Below are positions 12,434-24,839 of a stretch of 64,000 bases of DNA, in pieces; the first letter of the stretch is position 1; every line of letters begins with the position of its first letter. Origin of the DNA: the human T2T-CHM13v2.0 reference genome, Homo sapiens. Location: the NCBI RefSeq assembly GCF_009914755.1, contig NC_060929.1. One strand, given 5' to 3'. Position numbers and translations under genes: made by a program. The notes below the pieces were generated by a model, which made no database searches, was not told the origin of the DNA, and worked only from the letters and a program-made list of their open reading frames with translations.

Positions 12434-14231
12434 AGCACTAAAGGATTTAGTATGCTAAAGGATTTAGTATACTAAGCAGGATACTGAAGCTTTGGAGAGC
12501 TGATGGAATTAGCTCTAAATTAGTATACTAAATTACTATACTGAATCCTGCTGCAGTAGGATTGATGGATCATATGGCAGCTCTAGTTTTACTGTTTTGA
12601 GGAACCTCCAAACTGTTCTCCATAGTGGTTGTGCTAATTTACATTGCCACCAACAGCAATCCTTGTCAGCATTTGTTATTACCTGTTTTGGATATGAGCC
12701 ATTTAACTGGGGTGAGGTGATATCTCATTGTAGTTTAGATTTGCATTCCTCTGATGATCAAAGATGTTGAGCACCTTTTCATATGCATGTTTGCCATTTG
12801 TATGTTTTCTTTTGAGAAATGTCTATTCAAATCTTTTGCCCATTTTTTGATTGGATTACCAGACTTTTTCCTATAGAGTTATCTGAGCTCTTTATATATT
12901 CTGGTTATTAATATCTTATCAGAGGGATAGTTTTCAAATGTTTTCTCTAATTCTGTAGGTTGTCTCTTTGCTTTGTTGATTGTTTCCTTTGCTGTGCAAA
13001 ATCTTTTTAACTTGAAGTCATCCCATTTGTCCATTTTTGCTTTTGTTGCCTATGCTTGTCGGGTACAGTTTAAGAAATTTTTGCCCAGACCAGTGTCCTG
13101 GAGATTTTCCCCAATTTTTTTTTTTTTTGTAGTAGTTGCATAGTTTGAGTTCTTAAAGTCTTTAATCAATTTTGATTTGATTTTTGTACATGGTGAAAAA
13201 TAGGAGTATAGCTTCATTCTTCTACATATGGATATCCGGTTTTGCCAGCACCATTTATTGAAGAGACTGTCTTTTTCCCACTGTATATTCCTAGTATCTT
13301 TGTCAAAAATGAAGTCACTGTAGGTGTGTATATTTGTTTCTGGGTTCTCTGTTCTGTTCCATTGATATGTGTGTCTGTTTTTATTTCAGTACCATGCTGT
13401 TTTGATCACTATAGCTCTCTATATAATTTGAAGTCAGGTAGTGTGATTTCTTTACTTTTGTTATTTTTGCCTAGGATAGCTTTGGCTATTCTGGGTCTTT
13501 TGTGGTTCCATATAAATTTTAGGATAATTTTTTTTCTATTTCTGCGAGGAATGTCATTGGTATTTTGGTAGGGATTGCACTGAATCTGTAGATTGCTTTG
13601 GGTAGTATGTACATCTTAACAATACTGATTCTTCCAATCCATGAACATAACTTTTTTTATTATTTTTTTGGTGTCCTCTTTAATTTCTTTCATCAGTATT
13701 TCATAGTTTTCATTATAGTGCTCTTTCACTTCTTTGGTTAAGTTAATTCCTAGATATTTAATTTTATTTGTGGCTATTGTAAATGTTATTACTTTTTACA
13801 TTTCTTTTCTGCATTGCTCACTGTTGGCATATAGAAATGCTACTGATTTTGTTATGTTGATTTTTTTATTTTCATTATTATATTTCAATAGATTTTGGGG
13901 GAACAGGTGGTGTTTGGTTACGTGAATAAGTTCTTTAGTGGTGATATCTGAGATTTTGGTGCACCCATCACCACAGCAGTGTACACTGTACCCAATATGT
14001 AGTCTTTTATCCCTTGTCACCCCCACCCTTTCTCCCAAGTCCCCGAAGTCCAATATGTCATTCTTATGCCTTTGTATCCTCACAGCTTAGCTCCCACAAA
14101 TAAGTGAGAACATACGATGTTTGGAAATTTCCATTCCAATTTCCACTGCTTCACTTAGAATAAGTCTCCAATTCCATCCACGTTGCTGCAAATGCCATTA
14201 TTTCATTCCCTTTTATGGCTGAATAGTTCAG

Positions 14232-14740
14232 CTCCCAGTTCGGCTACTCGGGTGTCAGGGACCCACTTGAGGAGGCAGTCTGTCTGTTGTCAGATCTCAA
14301 ACTCTGTGCTGGGAAAACCACTACTCTCTTCAAAGCTGTCAGACAGGGACATTTAAGTCTGCAGAGGTTTCTGCTGCCTTTTGTTTGGCTATGCCGGGCC
14401 CCCAGAGGGTGAGTCTACAGAGGCAGGCAGGCCTCCTTGAGCTGTGGTGGGCTCCCCCCAGTTGGAGCTTCCCGGCTGCTTTGTTTCCCTACTCAAACCT
14501 CAGCAATGGCAGGCGCCCCTCCCCCAGCCTTGCTGCCACCTTGCAGATTGATCTCAGACTGCTGTGCTAGCAATGAGCGAGGCTCCGTGGGCATGGGACC
14601 CTCCGAGCCAGGTGCGGGATATAATCTCCTGGTGTGCCATTTGCTCAGTTGGAAATGCAGACATCACCCGTCTTCTGCGTTGCTCACGCTGGGAGCTGTA
14701 GGCTGGAGCTGTTCCTATTTGGTCATCTTGGAACCGCCCC
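14232..14740 (-). mobile_element. L1PA (about L1PA4-6) 5'UTR-only fragment with an internal splice-like deletion
   Basis: Minus strand starts GGGGCGGTTCCAAGATGACCAAATAGGAACAGCTCC. Junction CCAACTGAG|CAAATGGCACACC at 14644/14643. No poly(A) and no TSD. Confidence 0.92.
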
Positions 14741-14769
14741 TGGCAGTATGGTCATTTTCACAACACTGA
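14506..14769 (+). other. L1 ORF0-derived open frame (87 aa) with a non-standard C-terminus; expression unknown
   Basis: ATG at 14506 gives MAGAPPPALLPPCRLISDCCASNERGSVGMGPSEPGAGYNLLVC, the recognisable N-terminus of primate L1 ORF0. The frame then reads across the deletion junction. Confidence 0.6.
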
Positions 14770-17700
14770 TTCTACCCATCCATGAGCATAGGATGTGTTT
14801 CCATTTGTTTGTGTCATCTATGATTTCTTTCAGCAGTGTTTTGTAGTTTTTTTCCTTGTACAGGTCTTTCACATCCTTGGTTAGATATACCAAGAATTTT
14901 ATTTTATTTTTTGCAGCTATTGTGAAAGGGGTTGAGTTCCTGATTTGATTCTCAGTTTGGTTGCTGTGGGTGTATAGCAGAGCTATTGATTTGTGTACAT
15001 TAATTTTGTATGCTGAAACTTTGCTGAATTCATTTACCAATTCTAGGAGCTTTTTGGATGAGTCTTTAGGGTTTTCTAGGTATATGATCATATCATCAGC
15101 AAACTGTGACAGTTTGACTTCCTCTTTACCAATTTGGATGCTCTTTATTTCTTTCTCTTGTCTGATTGCCCTGGCTAGGACTTCCAGTACTATGTGGAAT
15201 AGAAGTGGTGAAAGTGGGCATCCTTGTCTTGTTCCAGTTCCCAGGGGAAATGCTTTCAACTTTTCCCCATTTAGTACAATGTTGGCTGTGGGTTTCCTGT
15301 AAATGGTTTTTATTACCTTAAGGTATGTCCCTTCTATGCCAATTTTGCTGAGAGTTTTAATCATAAAGTGATTTGAATTTTGTCAAATGCTTTTCCTGCA
15401 TCTATTGAGATGATCATGTGGTTTTTGTTTTCAATCCTGTTTACGTGTTGTATCACATTTATTAACAAACCATTTATTGATATTAAACCATCCTTGCATC
15501 TCTGGTATGAAACCCAGTTGATGATGGTAGATTATCTTTTTGATATGCTGTTGGATTGGGTTCAATAGTATTTTCCTGAGGATATTTGCATCTATGTTCA
15601 TTAGGAATATTGGTCTTTAGGTTTTTTTTTAATTTTTTTATGTCTTTCCCTGGTTTTGGTATTAGGGTAATACTGGCTTTATAGAATGATTTAAGGAGGA
15701 TTCCCTCTTTCTTTGTCTTTTGGAATAATGTCAAGAGGATTGGTATCAATTCCTCTTTGAATGTGTGATAGAATTCAGCTGTGAGTCCGTCTGGTCCTGG
15801 ACTTTTCTTTGTTGGCAATGTTTAAATTATCATTTCAAACTTGCTGCTTCTTATTGGTCTGTTCAGAGATTCTATATCTTCCTGGTTTAATCTAGGAGGG
15901 TTGTATATTTCCAAGAATTTGTCCATCTCCTCTAGGTTTTTTAGTTTATGTGCATAAAGGTGTTCATAGTAGCCTTGAATAATCTTTTGTATTCCTGTGG
16001 TATCAGTTGTGGTATCTCCTATTTTGTTTCTAATTGAGCTTATTTGGATCTTCTCTCTTCTTTTCTTAGTTAATCTTGCTAAAGGTCTATCAATTTTGTT
16101 TATCTTTTCAAAGAACCAGGTTTCTGTTTCATTATCTTTTGTATTTGTTGTTGTTGTTGTTTCCATTTCATTTAGTTCTGCTCTGACCTTTGTTCTTTTT
16201 TTCTGCTGGAGTTTGTGTTGGGATTGTTCTTGTTTCTCCAATTCCATGAGGTGTGACCTTAGATTGTCTATTTATGCTCTTTCAGACTTTTTGATGTGGA
16301 CATTTAGTACTATGAACTTTCCTGTTAGCATCACTTTTGCTGTATCCCAGAGGTTTTGATAGGTTGTGTCACTATTATCATCCAATTCAAATAATTTTTA
16401 AAATTTCCATCTTGATTTCATTTTTGACCCAATAATCACTCAGGAGAAGGTTATTTAATTTCCACATATTTACATGGTTTTGAGGGTTCTTTCTAGAGTT
16501 GATTTCATTTTATTCCACTCTGAGAGAGTACTGGATGTAAGTCCAATTGTCTTAAGTGTACTGAGACTTGTTTTGTGGCCTATCATATTGTCTACCTTGG
16601 AAAATGTTCCATGTGCTGATGAATAGAATGTATATTCTGCAGTTATTGTATAGAATGTTCTGTAAATATCTGTTAAGTCATTTGTTGTAGGGTATAGTTT
16701 AAGTCCATTGTTTCTTTGTTGACTTTCTGTCTTGATGACTTGTCTAGAGCTGTTAGGTCTAGTAGTAATTGTTTTATAAATTCTGAAGCTCCAGTGTTAG
16801 GTGCATATATATTTAGGATTGTGATATTTGCCTGTTGGACTAGTTCTTTTATCATTATATAATGTCCTTTTTTGTCTTTTTTAAATGCTGTTGTTTTGTT
16901 TTGTCTGATATAAGAATAGCTACTCTTGCTTGCTTTTGGTGTCCATTTGCATGGAATATATTTTTCCACCCCTTTACCTTAACTTTATGTGAGTCCTTAT
17001 GTGTTAGGTGAGTCTCCTGACCACAGCAGAAACTTGATTGGTGAACTCTTAATTATTCTGTGTCTTTTCAGTGGAGCATTTAGGCCACTTACATCCAATG
17101 TCAGTATCGAGATGGGAGGTACTATTCTATTCATTGTACCATTTGTTCCCTGAATACTTTGTGCCTTTTTCATTGTGTTATTGTTATATAGGACCTGTGA
17201 AATTTATGCTTAAGGAGGTTCTATTTTGGTGTATTTTGAGGATTTGTTTCAAGATTTAGAGCTCTTTTGAGCAGTTCTTATAGTGCTGGCTTGGTAATGG
17301 TGAATTTTCTCAGCATTTATGTTTCTGGAAAAGACTGTATCTTTCCTTCATTTATGAAGCTTAGTTTCGCTGGATACAAAATTCCTGGCTGATAATTGTT
17401 TTGTTTAAGGAGGCTAAAAATAGGACACAATCCCTTCTACCTTGTAGGGTTTCTCCTGAGAAATCTGCTGTTAATCTGATAGGTTTTCCTTTATAGTTTA
17501 CATGATACTTTTGCCTCACAGCTCTTAAGATTCTTTCCTTTGTCTTGCCTTGAAATAAACTGATAATAATTATGTGCCTACGTGATGATCTTTTTGTGAT
17601 GTTGAAGTCTATTCTTTTTATACTCAGTTTTTTTTGAGGATTTTTATCATGAAGGAATGTTGAATTTTATCAAATAGTTTTTCAGCATCAATTGAAATGA

Positions 17701-18691
17701 TGTATAGTTTTTATCCTTCATTCTGTTGATATAATATAGTGCATTGATTAATTTGCTTATGTTGAACCATCCTTGCATCCCAGCGATAAACCCCACTAGA
17801 TCATGATGAATGATGTTTCTAATATATTGCTGAATTCAGTTTACTAGTATTTTGTTGAGAATTTTTGCATCACCATTCATCAGAGATGAATATTGTAGTA
17901 TAGTATATGTAATATAGAATATTGTACCCTGTAGTTTTATTTTCTTCACGTGTATTTGGTTTTGGTATTGGGGTATTACTACCCTTGTAGAATGAGTTTG
18001 GAAGAATTTTCTCCTCCTGTATTTTTCAAAGTAGTTTGAGTAAAATTGGAATTAGTTTCTCTTTAAATATTTGGTAGAATTCGGTGGTGAAGCCACCAGG
18101 TCCTGGGCTTTTCTTTACTGGGAAACTTATTACAGCTTTGATTGTGTTACTTGTTATTGGTCTGTTCAGGTTTTGGACTTCTTCCTGGTTCAATCTTGGT
18201 GGGTTGTATGTGTCTAGAAATTTGTTCATTTCTCATAGATTTTCCAATTTATTGGCATATTGTTGTTCATAGTAGCCACTAATGATCCTTTGAATTTCTG
18301 CAGTGTCAGTTGTAATGGCCCCTTTTTCATTTGTAGTTGTATTTATTTGGATGTTCTCTCCTTTTTTCTCAGTCATGTTAAAGGTTAGTCAATTTTGTTT
18401 AATTAAAAAAAAACCTATTTCATTGATCTTTTGTATTATTTTCTTCATTTCAATTTCATTGATTTCTGATCTGATATTTATTATTTATTTTCTTCTACTA
18501 CCTTTGGATTCATTTTGCTCTTGCTTTTCTAGTTCTTTAAGATGCATTGTTAGATTGTTTATTTGAAGTTTTTTCTCTTTTTTGATGTAGGCACTTATAG
18601 CTATAAATTTCCCTCTTAATACTGCTTTTGCTCTATCTCATAGGTTTTGATATGTTATGTTTCCATTATCATTTGTTTCAAGAAATTTTTT

Positions 18692-20979
18692 GCTCTCCCT
18701 CTTCCTCTCCCTCTCCCTCTCCCCACTCTCCCTCTCCCCACGGTCTCCCTCTCCCTCTCTTTCCGCGGTCTCCCACTGATGCCCAGCCGAAGCTGGACTG
18801 TACTGCTGCCATCTCGGCTCACTGCAGCCTCCCTGCCTGATTCTCCTGCCTCAGCCTGCCGAGTGCCTGCGATTGCAGGCACGCGCCACCACGCCTGACT
18901 GGTTTTCGTATTTTTTTGGTGGAGACAGGGTTTCGCTGTGTTGGCCGGGCTAGTCTCCAGCTCCTAACTGCGAGTGATCCGCCAGCCTCGGCCTCCCGAG
19001 GTGCAGGGATTGCAGATGGAGTCTGGTTCACTCAGTGCTCAATGGTGCCCAGGCTGGAGTGCAGTGGCGTGATCTCGGCTGGCTACAACCTCCACCTCCC
19101 AGCCGCCTGCCTTGGCCTCCCAAAGTGCCGAGATTGCAGCCTCTGCCCGGCCGCCACCCCGTCTGGGAAGTGAGGAGCATCTCTGCCTGGCCGCCCATCT
19201 TCTGGGACGTGAGGAGCCCCTCTGCCTGGCTACCCAGTCTGGAAAGTGAGGAGCGTCTCTGCCCGGCCGCCATCCCATCTAGGAAGTGAGGAGCGCCTCT
19301 TCCCGGCCGCCATCCCATCTAGGAAGTGAGGAGCGTCTCTGCCCAGCCACCCATCGTCTGAGATGTGGGGAGCGCCTCTGCCCCGCCGCCCCGTCTGGGA
19401 TGTGAGGAGCGCCTCTACCCGGCCGCGACCCCGTCTGGGAGGTGAGGAGCGTCTCTGCCCAGCCGCCCCGTCTGAGAAGTGAGGAGACCCTCTGACTGGC
19501 AACCGCCCCATATGAGAAGTGAGGAGCCCCTCCGCCCGGCAGCCACCCCGTCTGGGAAGTGAGGAGCGTCTCTGCCCAGCACCACCCCATCCGGGAGAGA
19601 GGTGGGGGTCAGCCCCCGCCAGGCCAGCCGCCCCGTCCGGGAGGGAGGTGGGGGGATCAGCCCCCCACCCGGCCAGCCGCCCAGTCCGGGAGGGAGGTGG
19701 GGGGGTCAGCCCCCCGCCCGGCCAGCCGCCCCGTCCGGGAGGTGAGGCGTGCCTCTGCCTGGCCGCCCCTACTTGGAAGTGAGGAGCCCCTCTGCCCGGC
19801 CAGCCGCCCAGTCCGGGAAGGAGGTGGGGGGGTCAGCCCCCCTCCTGGCCAGCCACCCCATCCGGGAGGGAGGTGGGGGGTTCAGCCCCCCACCCGGCCA
19901 GCAGCCCCGTCTGGGAGGGTGGTGGGGGAGTCAGCCCCACGCCCGGCCAGTCGCCCCGTCCGGGAGGGAGGTGGGGGGGTCAGCCCCCCGCCAGGCCAGC
20001 CGCCCCGACCGGGAGGGAGGTCGGGGGGTCAGCCCCCCGCACGGCCAGCCGCCCCGTCCGGGAGGTGAGGGGCGCCTCTGCCTGGCCGCCCCTACTGGGA
20101 AGTGAGGAGCTCCTCTGCCCGGCCAGCCGCCCCGTCCGGGAGGGAGGTGGGGGGGTCAGCCCCCCACCCAGCCAGCCGCCCCGTCCGGGAGGGAGGTGGG
20201 GGGTTCAGCCCCCCGCCCGGCCAGCCGCCCTGTCCGGGAGGCAGGTGGGGGGGTCAGCCCCCCGCCCGGCCAGCCGCCCCATCCGGGAAGGAGGTGGGGG
20301 GGTCAGCCCCCCACCCGGCCAGCTGCCCGGTCTGGGAGGTGAGGGGCGCCTCTGCCTGGCCGCCCCTACTGGGAAGTGAGGAGCCCCTCTGCCCAGCCAC
20401 CACCCCGTCTGGGAGGTGTACCCAACAGCTCATTGAGAACAGGCCATGATGACAATGGCGGTTTTGTGGAATAGAAAGGAGGGAAAGGCGGGGAAAGAAT
20501 TGAGAAATCGGATGGTTGCCATGTCTGTGTAGAAAGAGGTAGACACGGGAGACTTTTCATTTTGTTCTGTACTAAGAAAAATTCTTCTGCCTTGTGATCC
20601 TGTTGATCAGTGACCCTACCCCCAACCCTGCGCTCTCTGAAACATGTGCTGTGTCCACTCAGGGTTAAATGGATTAAGGGTGGTGCAAGATGTGCTTTGT
20701 TAAACAGATGCTTGAAGGCAGCATGCTCGTTAAGAGTCATCACCACTCCCTAATCTCAAGTACCCAGGGACACAAACACTGCTGAAGGCCGCAGGGTCCT
20801 CTGCATAGGAAAACCAGAGACCTTTGTTCACTTGTTTATCTGCTGACCCTCCCTCCACTATTGTCCTATGACCCTGCCAAATCCCCCTCTGTGAGAAACA
20901 CCCAAGAATGATCAATAAAAAATAAATAAATAAATAAAAAATAATAATTAAAAAAAATAAAAATTAAAAAAAAAAAAAA
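18692..20979 (+). mobile_element. Full-length SVA (SVA_D-like)
   Basis: Short CCCTCT hexamer head, antisense Alu-like domain, GC-rich VNTR, SINE-R (about 20420-20920), AATAAA and A-tail. TSD aagaaattttt at 18680-18690 and 20980-20990. Confidence 0.97.
19140..20420. repeat. SVA VNTR with 35-50 bp GC-rich units
   Basis: Repeated 'cccggccagccgccccgtccgggagggaggtgggggggtcagccccc' and 'gggaagtgaggagc' units. Confidence 0.97.
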
Positions 20980-21281
20980 AAGAAATTTTTCAATTTCTTT
21001 CTTCATTTCTTCATTAACCCACTGGTCATTCAAGAGCATATTGCTTAATATCCATGTATTTGTATAGTTTTCAAAATTCCTCAATTATTAATTTCTAGTT
21101 TTATTCTATTGTGGTCAGAGAAGATGCTTGACATTATTTCAAATTTTTTGAAATACAAAAACAATCTTAACAGAACCCAGCCACAAGTACTATTTTATAA
21201 CCCATTATTTAATCTGATAACAACTTAACACTGTTTGCATAAATGAACAAGCAAAAAGAAAACTATTAATAATAAAAAGTC

Positions 21282-21607
<326 letters not shown>

Positions 21608-23079
21608 TTAACTTTGTCCCCCTGCTTTTTAACTTCCTGTTGTTTCTATTTATATCTTATTGTACTGTCTTTTGTCTACAAAAGTTGTAGCTATTTTTTA
21701 ATTGATTCATCATTTAGTCTTTCTACTTAGGATAAGAGTAGTTTAGACATCACAGCTAGTGTTTTGATATTCTGTGTTTTTCTGTGTACTTACTATTACC
21801 AGTGACTTTTGTACCTTCAGGTGATTACTTTTTGCTCATTAACATCCCTTTCTTTCTGATTGAAGTACTCCCTTTAGCATTTCTTGTAAGACAAGTCTGG
21901 CATTGATGAAATCCCTCGGCTTTTGTTTGTCTGAGAATGTCATTATTTCTTCTTCATGTTTGAAGGATATTTTCACCAGATATACTATTCTAGGGTAAAA
22001 GGTTTTTTTCCTTCAGCACTTTAAATATGTCATGCCACTCTCTCCTGATCTGTAAAGTTTCCACTGAAAAGTCTGTTGCTAGACACCAAGTTAGACTTCC
22101 AAGTAGAACATTTTGGAGCTTCATTGTATGTTATTTGTTTCTTTACTCTTGCTGTTTTTAGGATCCTTTCTTTATCCTTGACCTTTGGAAATTTGATTAT
22201 TAAATGCATTGAGGTAGTCTTCTTTAGGTTAAATCTGTTTGGTGTTATATAACCTTCTCATTCTTGAATATTGATATCTTTTTTCTAGATTTGGGAAGTT
22301 CCTTGTTATTTTTTCCTTTGAATGAACTTTCCATCCTTATTTCTTTCTCTACCTCCTCTTTAAGGCCAATGATGCTTTGATCTGCCCTTTTTAGCTATTT
22401 TTCTAGATCCTGTAGGCAAGTTTCTTTTTTCAAAATTCCTTTTCTTTTTTCTCCTCATTCTGTGTATTTTCAAATAGCCTGTCTTCAAGCTCACTAATTC
22501 TTTCTTCTGCTTGATCGATCTATCCTGCTATTAAAGAGCTCTGATGCATTCTTCAGTATACCAACTGCATTTTTCAGCTCTAGAATTCCTGCTTGATTCT
22601 TTTTAATTATTTCAATCTCTTTGTTAAATTTACCTGATAGAATTCTGAATTTCTTCTCTGTGTTTTCTGAAATTAACACAGCTACTTTGAATTCTCTGTC
22701 TGAAAGGTCACAAGTCTCTGTTTCTCCAGGATTGGTTCCTGGTGGCTTATTTAGTTCATTTGGTGAGGTTATGTTTTCCTGTATGGTGTTGATGCTAGTA
22801 GATGTTCTTTGGTGTCTACACATTAAAGAATTAGGTATTTATTGTAGACTTCACTGTCTGAGCTTGTTTGTACCCATCCTTCTTGGAAAAGCTTTCTGGA
22901 TATTTGAAAGTACTTGGGTGTTATAATCTAAGTTGTATCTGGTTTAGGGAATACCCCCAGACCAGTAACACTGTGGTTCTTGCAGACTGGTGGTGGTCTT
23001 GGACAAGGTCTGGAAGAATTCTCTGGATTACCAGGTAGAGACCCTTGTTCTCTTCTCTTACTTTCTCCCAAACAAATAG

Positions 23080-23081
<2 letters not shown>

Positions 23082-23120
<39 letters not shown>

Positions 23121-23158
23121 GTCTCTCTCTCTTTCTCTTTCTCTTTCTCTTTCTCTTC
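23082..23158. repeat. (CT)n / (CTCTTT)n microsatellite inside the L1 5'UTR
   Basis: Direct reading of the sequence. Confidence 0.95.
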
Positions 23159-24839
23159 TGAGCCACCTAAAGCTGGGGGTGGAGTGACCCAAGCATCCCT
23201 GTGGCCACTTCCACTGTGACTGCACTGGGTCAGAGCTGAAGTCAGAACAGCACCGAGTCTCACCCAAGGCCTGCTGTAAACACTCTCTGGGTACCGCTTA
23301 TGTTCACTCAAGACCCTGGGGCTCTATAATCAGCAGGTCACAAAGCCAGTCAGGCCTGTGTTCTTCTTCCCTTCAGAATGGCAAGTTTCCCTAGGCCCTG
23401 GTGGGTCCAGAAGTATCATCCAAGAGTGAGATACTAGAGTCAAAAACCTTAGATGTCTACTTGGTGTTCTATTGTACTGTGACTTGGCTGCCACTCAAAC
23501 CACAAGACACAGTCATTCCCAGTCTTTCCTCCCCTTTCCAAAGGTAGAGGAGCCTCACCCTGTAGCCACCACCACCACAGGCCATGGGGAATATGGTAAG
23601 ACTACCAAGGAAGTTCTCTTAATGTCCCAGAGCTCTTAAGTCAGCTTGTAGAGAATGTTGCCTGGCGTGGGACTGACCCTTCAAGTTTGGGCTCCTCTCT
23701 GGCCCAGAGCAGGTCCAGAAATGCCATCCACAAGTCAAGTCCTGGAATCAGGGACCCCAAGAGCCTGCTTGGTGTTCTACTCTCTTGAGGTTATACTGGT
23801 TCCTGAATCCAGCAACTCTCAGAGGCTCACCCAAGGCCCTTGATGTAGTATCTGGGTATTGCTGCTGGTTATTCAGGACCCAAGGGCTCTTTAGTTAGTA
23901 GGTGATGAATTCTCCCAGGACTGAGTCCTTTCCTTCAAGGCAGCGATTCCCTTCTGGCCCAGAGTGTGTCTAGAAACGTTGTCTGGGAGCTAGGGCCTGA
24001 AACAGGGGCCTCCCAACTCTGACTGGTGCCCTATGGTGCTGTGGCTGAGCTGGTATTCACGAAGAAAGACAAAGCCCCTCCACTCTTTCCTCTCCCCTCC
24101 TCAAGCAGAAGGAAGCGGTCTCTTTTGGAGCTGGAAGCTGTGCAGCTTGGGGTTAGGAGAGGGGTGAGGCCAGCATTCCCTTAGCCACCCCAGTTTATGT
24201 CTCAGTATGTTGAGTTCTCCCCAGTCCACTCTCTCTGGGCCCAGTTTAGCACTAGGATTCACCTAAGAGTTGCAGTTCTTATGGCCTAGACTGCCTTTCA
24301 AGTTTACTTAGCACCTCAGAGCACTGTAGCCATCAGTGGGGAGGTCTGCAGGCACTCAAGCTTCTGGCCTCTGGAATCAGCGATTCCCACCCGACTAGCT
24401 AGGGCTGGTTCAAAGCTCCCTTCATGGGCAAGCGTCAGCTGAGTTTGGTCCAATTTTCCTTTCTGCTCTAACAGGACAGCACTGAGTTCAATGCCTTACA
24501 GTTTCTCTGGTCTCCCTCCCGCAGCACCCAGAGACACTCTCAGCACCACAGAGCTGCTGCTGGGGGTTGGGGAGGGGTGGCATCAGAGATTCCGGACTGT
24601 TTTTCTTCTTCAGTGCCTCTTTCAGCAATACAAAGTTAACACCAGGTACTATGAGGACTCATCTGATTTTTGGTTGTTATGAAGGGTTTTTTTTTTCTGT
24701 GTAAATAGTTGTTAAATTGGTGTCCTTATGGTGGGGACAATCAGTGGAGCCATCTATTCTTCCATCTTGCCAAACCCTGATGTCTTAATGCATCCATTGT
24801 ATGTAACAAGAAAGGAGATTTGTCACATAATGACGATAA

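Larger units (their letters stand above)
13861..17600 (-). mobile_element. L1PB (L1PB1-like), 5'-truncated in ORF1, nested in the L1MA
   Basis: L1PB 3'UTR 'tttgggggaacaggtggtgtttggttac.tgaataagttctttagtggtgat'. Frameshifted ORF2 pieces include the RT motif FADDMIIY (14723-15364) and endonuclease residues (16673-16969). Confidence 0.9.

Noticed and set aside
14723-16969. ORFs with reverse transcriptase (FADDMIIY) and endonuclease similarity
   Set aside because: Frameshifted fragments of L1PB ORF2. They are neither an intact gene nor a novel RT system.
19140-20420. CRISPR-like or CpG-island-like repeat array
   Set aside because: Tandem SVA VNTR units with no unique spacers, in eukaryotic repeat context.
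18647-20746. Many overlapping Pro/Gly/Arg-rich ORFs
   Set aside because: By-products of the GC-rich SVA VNTR and Alu-like domain.
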